64,000 nucleotides of DNA. It comes from Auanema rhodensis. Lineage: Eukaryota; Animalia; Nematoda. Under the pieces are notes generated by a model. That model was not told where the DNA came from, searched no databases, and saw only the letters and a list, made by a program, of their open reading frames with translations. The first letter of the stretch is position 1, and every line of letters starts with the position of its first letter. Below are positions 35,740 to 45,200 of the stretch, piece by piece. The position numbers and the translations under genes are program-made. The stretch lies in assembly GCA_964057225.1 (NCBI GenBank), contig OZ059898.1:4216001-4280000 (forward strand). Reading direction: 5' to 3'.

Positions 35740-37802
35740 GCTCAGGCCGTGGAACTGTTTGGGCGAGCACTGCGAGCCGAACTGAGAAAACCTAACGAGG
35801 TTATGAAACACCGCTCGGAGCAATCTCAACGTCGTGTGGTACCATCGGACCGTAGACACACTGTTAATAGGAAAACTACTTCCCGCTCTGTTGCTCAACG
35901 TACGAAGTTAGTTCCCTCCTTTTCTGCACGTTCATTAGCCAATCATTGTTCATTTTGGTTTTCTATTTCGTCTGATTTGTTCATTTTGCAATCAGTTATT
36001 AATTATCGTTTACCATTTAACGGTTATCTACCTCCTTTGAGTAATTTTGATTCCTCGCTTAATAACTCGGTCTCTTCAAGAAACCTTGACTTATTGATAG
36101 TGGATATGCTGTCAGAAGGCACCATTAGACCTATTCAAAAAAATGAAAAGGTATTCTTATCCCCTGCTTTTGTTGTGCCCAAGAAAGATGGAGAGTTTCG
36201 CTTTATTTTGAATCTGAGACGACTCAATTCATATCTGCAGGACCTTCCCTTCAAGCTAGAATCAATTAAAGATGTATCACTATTGATACAACCATCGGAT
36301 TGGTTAGCTAAAATAGATTTTTCGTCTGCATATCATGCTGTTCCTATTGATCCAGAACATCAACCTTTCCTAGCTTTTCGAGCTGGAGGTTCTGGTTATG
36401 TTTTTCAAGCCATGCCATTTGGCCTTAGTTCAGCTCCATTCACCTTTCATAAGATCGTTAGAGTCCTTGCTTCGTATTTACGAAGTAAAGGAGTTCGCAT
36501 TATTAACTATCTAGACGATTGGCTGTTTATTGGGTCATCTGTCACTCAAGTACAAGAGCATATTCAGTTAGCCTTGTGTTTATTCAAGCAATCTGGTTTC
36601 TCAGTTAACCACACTAAATCCATTTTAATCCCTACTCAAAGAATAGAATTTCTGGGAATCAATCTAAATGCCCAGGAAGGTACATGGTCAATACCAGTAT
36701 CAAAGTTAGATCGCATTCAAAATGCATTAGATCGGGTAAATAAACCAGACGCCACATTAAGATGTTTTGCATCCCTGTTGGGCTTATTGAACTTTACTGC
36801 TATTGTTCATCCCGAAATCAGTTTTTTTGTTCACTCTCTCCAACGTGCGCTAGGTGTGGTATCCTTGAAAGCTCTCTCTTCTTCCTTACACATTAACGAA
36901 AAGTTAAATAGATCGCGAGATTTGGACATAATATTTCCTCAAGTTAAATTTATCTTGGAAACTGTAATGCATCTGCCTGTTTCGTTTGGTCCGTTTTCAC
37001 CTTCGATAACTATAACATCCGACGCTTCCTTGCGAGGATATGGAGGTTGTATGGACGGTCAACAAATTTCCGGAATCTGGTCTATTGAAGAAAAGAAACT
37101 TCATATTAACTGGAGAGAACTGAGCGCTGCTTATAAAGCGGTTTCATCTTCCTCAAATCTAAAAGTTACGTAGACGTGACCTTACTTCTTGATAACATGT
37201 CGGCTATTGCTTATATTAACAAACGAGGAGGCACTCGTTCGGCTGAAGGCTCAGATATAGCCTTAAAGTTATGGGAATTTTGCACTGTCCGTGGTATCAG
37301 AATAAAAGCTTCTCATATTCCGGGACGACAAAATATTTCCGCCGACAAGTTATCGAGAGGACAGTTCTTAGATAGTGAGGAGTGGTCCTTACATGATGAA
37401 ATCATTAAAGAAATATTCCTTGAATGGGGAACACCTAACATTGATCTATTTGCTTCTTCAAATAATTTCAAATTAGATAGATATATTTCATACCTTCCAG
37501 ACCCGGGAGCTTGCTTTATCAACTCCTTTGCCGTAAATTGGGCAGAAGTATCACAAGGATACGCTTACATTTTCCCTCCATTTTCAATGGTGGGGAAAGC
37601 AATAGCAAAGATTGTTCGAGATCGATGCAAAGCAATCTTAATAGCTCCGAACTGGACAAGTCAATATTGGTTCCCTACATTAAAGAAAATTCACAAGGAA
37701 GTACGGGTATTACAACACCCTTACCTCTTACGGGACCCAGTGGGAGAAGTTCACCCACTGTTGAAGAGCCACAACTTCCAGCTCTTAGCATGGAGAATTT
37801 GA
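35740..37802 (+). CDS. pol: DIRS pol: reverse transcriptase, RNase H and Dam-like methyltransferase domain; broken by a 1-bp frameshift near 37150
   Basis: RT motifs: FVVPKKDGEFRFILNLRRLN, IDFSSAYHAVPI, MPFGLSSAP, NYLDDWL, IEFLG. RNase H: TSDAS, HINWRELSA, then (shifted frame) DNMSAIAYINKRGG and HIPGRQNISADKLSR. Methyltransferase-like: IDLFAS, YIFPPF, LIAPNWTSQYWF. Confidence 0.93.
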
Positions 37803-38722
37803 CTGGCCTAATTCCTGATATATCTAATGATACCATGTCTCTATTCTTAAACTCCTGGGCTGCAGGAACTCGTAAGCAATATAATACAGCTCTTAAAAAG
37901 TGGGAAATTTATTGTGCTTCTCACAAAATTTCTATTACTCCCTCTCCTTCAACCGCTGCAGATTTTTTGTCATCTATGTTTAACGACAAAGCCATTTCAA
38001 CAGTTTTGGGCTATAAATCCGCACTTTGTGCTTTAGCTGACTTTCTGAAAATTAGTCCCCCTCTTCGGGATAACCCTTTACTTAGTAGAATATCTAGGGG
38101 AGCGTTCAGATTAAAACCTCCACAACCTAAATATATAGATTCTTGGGAACCTTCCATTGTTCTTTCATATTTAGAAAGTCTGGGGCCCAACAACGAATTA
38201 TCGTTGGAACTACTAACCAAAAAATTAGCAATGCTATTAGCTTTATGCTCCCCAAAACGAGTGTCAGAAATAGCGCAGTTCTCTATAGAGCATGTTCAAT
38301 TCAATGATAACGGTGTTACGTTTTTCATAAATTATAGAAATAAAAATAGAAAAGCGGGAATACCTCATAAAGCTACCTATGAGATTTCTTTAGACAGACC
38401 GTTACTCTGTCCGGTAGCATGTATCAAAGCATATTTAGACAAAACTGAGTCTAAACGGCTTTCAAATAATTTACTGATATCCATCTCACAAGGAACGAGT
38501 ATTACAAGTACAACAGTAGCTCGGTGGATAAGGGATATTTTATCGTTGGCAAAAATACCGCATAGATTTTCTGCGCACTCTACCCGTCACGCTTCTACTT
38601 CGTCAGCTTTTAAAAAAGGGGTTCCATTGAAAACTATAATGAGTGCCGCAAATTGGAAATCCGACACTTCATTTTTCAAACACTACTGCAGAACCAGATC
38701 CTTTCAAGCTGCAATTTTTTGA
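37511..38722 (+). CDS. Tyrosine recombinase (lambda-integrase family) of the DIRS element; true start probably a downstream ATG (e.g. 37790)
   Basis: SWAAGTRKQYNTALKKW, SPKRVSEI (catalytic R), LCPVACIKAY, HSTR (HxxR), ANW and FFKHY (catalytic Y). The ORF overlaps the 3' end of pol in another frame, as is typical of DIRS elements. Confidence 0.95.
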   Translation: MLYQLLCRKLGRSITRIRLHFPSIFNGGESNSKDCSRSMQSNLNSSELDKSILVPYIKENSQGSTGITTPLPLTGPSGRSSPTVEEPQLPALSMENLTGLIPDISNDTMSLFLNSWAAGTRKQYNTALKKWEIYCASHKISITPSPSTAADFLSSMFNDKAISTVLGYKSALCALADFLKISPPLRDNPLLSRISRGAFRLKPPQPKYIDSWEPSIVLSYLESLGPNNELSLELLTKKLAMLLALCSPKRVSEIAQFSIEHVQFNDNGVTFFINYRNKNRKAGIPHKATYEISLDRPLLCPVACIKAYLDKTESKRLSNNLLISISQGTSITSTTVARWIRDILSLAKIPHRFSAHSTRHASTSSAFKKGVPLKTIMSAANWKSDTSFFKHYCRTRSFQAAIF

Positions 38723-38725
38723 AAG

Positions 38726-38801
38726 ATAGCTTAAGACATGGGATATAATTTCTTAAATTTTCCTATTTTATGAAGTAAAATTTTAATTATATCCCATGTC
38801 T
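38726..38801 (+). repeat. DIRS internal complementary region (ICR)
   Basis: 38726-38748 is the reverse complement of the first 23 nt of the element (34785-34807). 38749-38801 is the reverse complement of the last 53 nt (39180-39232). Together they spell the circular junction. Confidence 0.95.
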
Positions 38802-39019
38802 GACTTCCCTCCACCATCCCCTGTGTGTGTTCACCATCCCTCTTTTATATTCAGCTTGAAAAAAATGTTTATGTTATTGCAGTAGATGGTCGTCTTCGAA
38901 CTCAATACCTGTAAAACCTTTTAATAGAAACAACAGTAAAATGAAGAAGTGATTTTATTGTTTCTTTTGTTTTGATGTATTATACCTTGTTACATTGTGA
39001 AGTTTATATTTTTTTGACT

Positions 39020-39232
39020 CTGATGTTTATGTGTTAGTTAGGGGGCGTGTCATTACTGGTTAGCACCACGGGTAATGATACGCTCATTTTACAATGTGTT
39101 ACGAAATACTGTTGATTTCTGTTAATTTTTGTTTTATTGATTACCGAGAAGATATGTTATTTGGAAAATAAATAGCTTAAGACATGGGATATAATTAAAA
39201 TTTTACTTCATAAAATAGGAAAATTTAAGAAA
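39020..39232 (+). repeat. DIRS right ITR (39020-39194) plus 38-bp right extension (39195-39232)
   Basis: Reverse complement of the left ITR, followed by TTAAAATTTTACTTCATAAAATAGGAAAATTTAAGAAA, which is otherwise present only, inverted, in the ICR. Confidence 0.96.
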
Positions 39233-42200
39233 ATTTCTTGGTGAGATTTGGCAGTGACTTTTCAAATTTCAGGAAAAAAGGTTTATATAGACCCCATCCA
39301 CAAGATTTGTTCACAAAAAAGTTCAGGCTGTAGGCACGTTGTGTCCGGTGATTGTTCGATTTTGTCAAAGATTATCAACTATAATCAAATAAAAATGTTC
39401 ACAAGTTGGGTATTCAGATGTGTAGATTCTGAAATTCTTGGTGAGATTTGGCTGTGACTTTTCAAATTTCAGGAAAAAAGGTTTATATAGACCCTATCCA
39501 CAAGATTTGTTCACAAAAAAGTTCAGGTTGTAGGCACGTTGTGTCCGGTGATTGTTCGATTTTGTCAAAGATTATCAACTATAATCAAATAAAAATATTC
39601 TGAGGTTGGGTATCCAGATGTGTAGATTCTGAATTTCTTGGTGAGATTTGGCAGTGACTTTTCAAATTTCAGCAAAAAAGGTTTATATAGACCCTATCCA
39701 CAAGATTTGTTCACAAAAAAGTTCAGGCTGTAGGCACGTTGTGTCCGGTGATTGTTCGATTTTGTCAAAGATTATCAACTATAATCAAATAAAAATGTTC
39801 ACAAGTTGGGTATTCAGATGTGTAGATTCTGAAATTCTTGGTGAGATTTGGCTGTGACTTTTCAAATTTCAGGAAAAAAGGTTTATATAGACCCTATCCA
39901 CAAGATTTGTTCACAAAAAAGTTCAGGTTGTAGGCACGTTGTGTCCGGTGATTGTTCGATTTTGTCAAAGATTATTATTTATAATCAAATAAAAATGTTC
40001 ACAAGTTAGGTATTCAGATGTGTAGATTCTGAAATTCTTGGTGAGATTTGGCTGTGACTTTTCAAATTTCAGCAAAAAAGGTTTATATAGACCCTATCCA
40101 CAAGATTTGTTCACAAAAAAGTTCAGGCTGTAGGCACGTTGTGTCCGGTGATTGTTCGATTTTGTCAAAGATTATTAACTATAATCAAATAAAAATATTC
40201 TGCGGTTGGGTATCCAGATGTGTAGATTCTGAAATTCTTGGTGAGATTTGGCTGTGACTTTTCAAATTTCAGGAAAAAAGGTTTATATAGACCCCATCCA
40301 CAAGATTTGTTCACAAAAAAGTTCAGGTTGTAGGCACGTTGTGTCCGGTGATTGTTCGATTTTGTCAAAGATTATCAACTATAATCAAATAAAAATATTC
40401 TGAGGTTGGGTATCCAGATGTGTAGATTCTGAATTTCTTGGTGAGATTTGGCAGTGACTTTTCAAATTTCAGGAAAAAAGGTTTATATAAACCCCATCCA
40501 CAAGATTTGTTCACAAAAAAGTTCAGGCTGTAGGCACGTTGTGTCCGGTCATTGTTCGATTTTGTCAAAGATTATCAACTATAATCAAATAAAAATATTC
40601 TGAGGTTGGGTATCCAGATGTGTAGATTCTGAAATTCTTGGTGAGATTTGGCTGTGACTTTTCAAATTTCAGGAAAAAAGGTTTATATAGACCCCATCCA
40701 CAAGATTTGTTCACAAAAAAGTTTAGGCTTTAGGCACGTTGTGTCCGGTGATTGTTCGATTTTGTCAAAGATTATTAACTATAATCAAAAAAAAACATTC
40801 TGAGGTTGGGTATTCAGATGTGTAGATTCTGAATTTCTTGGTGAGATTTTGGCAGTGACTTTTCGAATTTCAGGAAAAAAGGTTTATATAGACCCCATCC
40901 ACAAGATTTGTTCACAAAAAAGTTCAGGCTGTAGGCACGTTGTGTCCGGTGATTGTTCGATTTTGTCAAAGATTATTAACTATAATCAAATAAAAATATT
41001 CTGCGGTTGGGTATTCAGATGTGTAGATTCTGAATTTCTTGGTGAGATTTGGCAGTGACTTTTCAAATTTCAGGAAAAAAGATTTATATAGACCCCATCC
41101 ACAAGATTTGTTCACAAAAAAGTTCAGGCTGTAGGCACGTTGTGTCCGGTGATTGTTCGATTTTGTCAAAGATTATTAACTATAATCAAATAAAAATATT
41201 CTGCGGTTGGGTATTCAGATGTGTAGATTCTGAATTTCTTGGTGAGATTTGGCAGTGACTTTTCAAATTTCAGGAAAAAAGGTTTATATAGACCCCATCC
41301 ACAAGATTTGTTCACAAAAAAGTTTAGGCTTTAGGCACGTTGTGTCTGGTGATTGTTCGATTTTGTCAAAGATTATCAACTATAATCAAATAAAAATATT
41401 CTGAGGTTGGGTATCCAGATGTGTAGATTCTGAATTTCTTGGTGAGATTTGGCTGTGACTTTTCAAATTTCAGGAAAAAAGGTTTATATAGACCCTATCC
41501 ACAAGATTTGTTCACAAAAAAGTTCAGGTTGTAGGCACGTTGTGTCCGGTGATTGTTCGATTTTGTCAAAGATTATTATTTATAATCAAATAAAAATGTT
41601 CACAAGTTAGGTGTTCAGATGTGTAGATTCTGAATTTCTTGGTGAGATTTGGCTGTGACTTTTCAAATTTCAGCAAAAAAGGTTTATATAGACCCTATCC
41701 ACAAGATTTGTTCACAAAAAAGTTCAGGTTGTAGGCACGTTGTGTCCGGTGATTGTTCGATTTTGTCAAAGATTATTATTTATAATCAAATAAAAATGTT
41801 CACAAGTTAGGTATTCAGATGTGTAGATTCTGAATTTCTTGGTGAGATTTGGCTGTGACTTTTCAAATTTCAGCAAAAAAGGTTTATATAGACCCTATCC
41901 ACAAGATTTGTTCACAAAAAAGTTCAGGCTGTAGGCACGTTGTGTCCGGTGATTGTTCGATTTTGTCAAAGATTATCAACTATAATCAAATAAAAATGTT
42001 CACAAGTTGGGTATTCAGATGTGTAGATTCTGAAATTCTTGGTGAGATTTGGCTGTGACTTTTCAAATTTCAGGAAAAAAGGTTTATATAGACCCTATCC
42101 ACAAGATTTGTTCACAAAAAAGTTCAGGTTGTAGGCACGTTGTGTCCGGTGATTGTTCGATTTTGTCAAAGATTATTATTTATAATCAAATAAAAATGTT

Positions 42201-45200
42201 CACAAGTTAGGTATTCAGATGTGTAGATTCTGAAATTCTTGGTGAGATTTGGCTGTGACTTTTCAAATTTCAGCAAAAAAGGTTTATATAGACCCTATCC
42301 ACAAGATTTGTTCACAAAAAAGTTCAGGTTGTAGGCACGTTGTGTCCGGTGATTGTTCGATTTTGTCAAAGATTATTATTTATAATCAAATAAAAATGTT
42401 CACAAGTTAGGTGTTCAGATGTGTAGATTCTGAATTTCTTGGTGAGATTTGGCTGTGACTTTTCAAATTTCAGCAAAAAAGGTTTATATAGACCCTATCC
42501 ACAAGATTTGTTCACAAAAAAGTTCAGGTTGTAGGCACGTTGTGTCCGGTGATTGTTCGATTTTGTCAAAGATTATTATTTATAATCAAATAAAAATGTT
42601 CACAAGTTAGGTATTCAGATGTGTAGATTCTGAAATTCTTGGTGAGATTTGGCTGTGACTTTTCAAATTTCAGCAAAAAAGGTTTATATAGACCCTATCC
42701 ACAAGATTTGTTCACAAAAAAGTTCAGGTTGTAGGCACGTTGTGTCCGGTGATTGTTCGATTTTGTCAAAGATTATTATTTATAATCAAATAAAAATGTT
42801 CACAAGTTAGGTATTCAGATGTGTAGATTCTGAATTTCTTGGTGAGATTTGGCTGTGACTTTTCAAATTTCAGCAAAAAAGGTTTATATAGACCCTATCC
42901 ACAAGATTTGTTCACAAAAAAGTTCAGGCTGTAGGCACGTTGTGTCCGGTGATTGTTCGATTTTGTCAAAGATTATCAACTATAATCAAATAAAAATGTT
43001 CACAAGTTGGGTATTCAGATGTGTAGATTCTGAAATTCTTGGTGAGATTTGGCTGTGACTTTTCAAATTTCAGGAAAAAAGGTTTATATAGACCCTATCC
43101 ACAAGATTTGTTCACAAAAAAGTTCAGGTTGTAGGCACGTTGTGTCCGGTGATTGTTCGATTTTGTCAAAGATTATTATTTATAATCAAATAAAAATGTT
43201 CACAAGTTAGGTATTCAGATGTGTAGATTCTGAAATTCTTGGTGAGATTTGGCTGTGACTTTTCAAATTTCAGCAAAAAAGGTTTATATAGACCCTATCC
43301 ACAAGATTTGTTCACAAAAAAGTTCAGGCTGTAGGCACGTTGTGTCCGGTGATTGTTCGATTTTGTCAAAGATTATCAACTATAATCAAATAAAAATGTT
43401 CACAAGTTGGGTATTCAGATGTGTAGATTCTGAAATTCTTGGTGAGATTTGGCTGTGACTTTTCAAATTTCAGGAAAAAAGGTTTATATAGACCCTATCC
43501 ACAAGATTTGTTCACAAAAAAGTTCAGGTTGTAGGCACGTTGTGTCCGGTGATTGTTCGATTTTGTCAAAGATTATCAACTATAATCAAATAAAAATATT
43601 CTGAGGTTGGGTATCCAGATGTGTAGATTCTGAATTTCTTGGTGAGATTTGGCTGTGACTTTTCAAATTTCAGGAAAAAAGGTTTATATAGACCCTATCC
43701 ACAAGATTTGTTCACAAAAAAGTTCAGGCTGTAGGCACGTTGTGTCCGGTGATTGTTCGATTTTGTCAAAGATTATCAACTATAATCAAATAAAAATGTT
43801 CACAAGTTGGGTATTCAGATGTGTAGATTCTGAATTTCTTGGTGAGATTTGGCTGTGACTTTTCAAATTTCAGGAAAAAAGGTTTATATAGACCCTATCC
43901 ACAAGATTTGTTCACAAAAAAGTTCAGGCTTTAGGCACGTTGTGTCCGGTGATTCTTCGATTTTGTCAAAGATTATTAACTATAATCAAATAAAAATGTT
44001 CACAAGTTGGGTATTCAGATGTGTAGATTCTGAATTTCTTGGTGAGATTTGGCTGTGACTTTTCAAATTTCAGGAAAAAAGGTTTATATAGACCCTATCC
44101 ACAAGATTTGTTCACAAAAAAGTTCAGGTTGTAGGCACGTTGTGTCCGGTGATTGTTCGATTTTGTCAAAGATTATCAACTATAATCAAATAAAAATATT
44201 CTGAGGTTGGGTATCCAGATGTGTAGATTCTGAATTTCTTGGTGAGATTTGGCTGTGACTTTTCAAATTTCAGGAAAAAAGGTTTATATAGACCCTATCC
44301 ACAAGATTTGTTCACAAAAAAGTTCAGGCTGTAGGCACGTTGTGTCCGGTGATTGTTCGATTTTGTCAAAGATTATCAACTATAATCAAATAAAAATGTT
44401 CACAAGTTGGGTATTCAGATGTGTAGATTCTGAATTTCTTGGTGAGATTTGGCTGTGACTTTTCAAATTTCAGGAAAAAAGGTTTATATAGACCCTATCC
44501 ACAAGATTTGTTCACAAAAAAGTTCAGGCTTTAGGCACGTTGTGTCCGGTGATTCTTCGATTTTGTCAAAGATTATTAACTATAATCAAATAAAAATGTT
44601 CACAAGTTGGGTATTCAGATGTGTAGATTCTGAATTTCTTGGTGAGATTTGGCTGTGACTTTTCAAATTTCAGGAAAAAAGGTTTATATAGACCCTATCC
44701 ACAAGATTTGTTCACAAAAAAGTTCAGGTTGTAGGCACGTTGTGTCCGGTGATTGTTCGATTTTGTCAAAGATTATCAACTATAATCAAATAAAAATATT
44801 CTGAGGTTGGGTATCCAGATGTGTAGATTCTGAATTTCTTGGTGAGATTTGGCTGTGACTTTTCAAATTTCAGGAAAAAAGGTTTATATAGACCCCATCC
44901 ACAAGATTTGTTCACAAAAAAGTTCAGGCTGTAGGCACGTTGTGTCCGGTGATTGTTCGATTTTGTCAAAGATTATCAACTATAATCAAATAAAAATGTT
45001 CACAAGTTGGGTATTCAGATGTGTAGATTCTGAATTTCTTGGTGAGATTTGGCTGTGACTTTTCAAATTTCAGGAAAAAAGGTTTATATAGACCCTATCC
45101 ACAAGATTTGTTCACAAAAAAGTTCAGGCTTTAGGCACGTTGTGTCCGGTGATTCTTCGATTTTGTCAAAGATTATTAACTATAATCAAATAAAAATGTT

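Larger units (their letters stand above)
34785..39232 (+). mobile_element. DIRS1-type tyrosine-recombinase retrotransposon, full length (4448 bp)
   Basis: Contains gag-like, RT-RNaseH-methyltransferase and tyrosine recombinase ORFs, inverted terminal repeats, a right extension and an internal complementary region. The satellite register resumes after exactly 4448 bp (TCTGA|element|ATTTCTTG), so there is no target-site duplication, as expected for YR integration. Confidence 0.97.

Noticed and set aside
37176-37802. Stand-alone bacterial-type DNA adenine methyltransferase or phage integrase acquired horizontally
   Set aside because: The methyltransferase-like domain and tyrosine recombinase are standard DIRS components, and this ORF is the frameshifted continuation of pol.
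34785-39232. Cut-and-paste DNA transposon or Crypton interpretation of the inverted repeats
   Set aside because: RT and RNase H are present, there is no DDE transposase or TSD, and the ICR and right extension are diagnostic of DIRS1.
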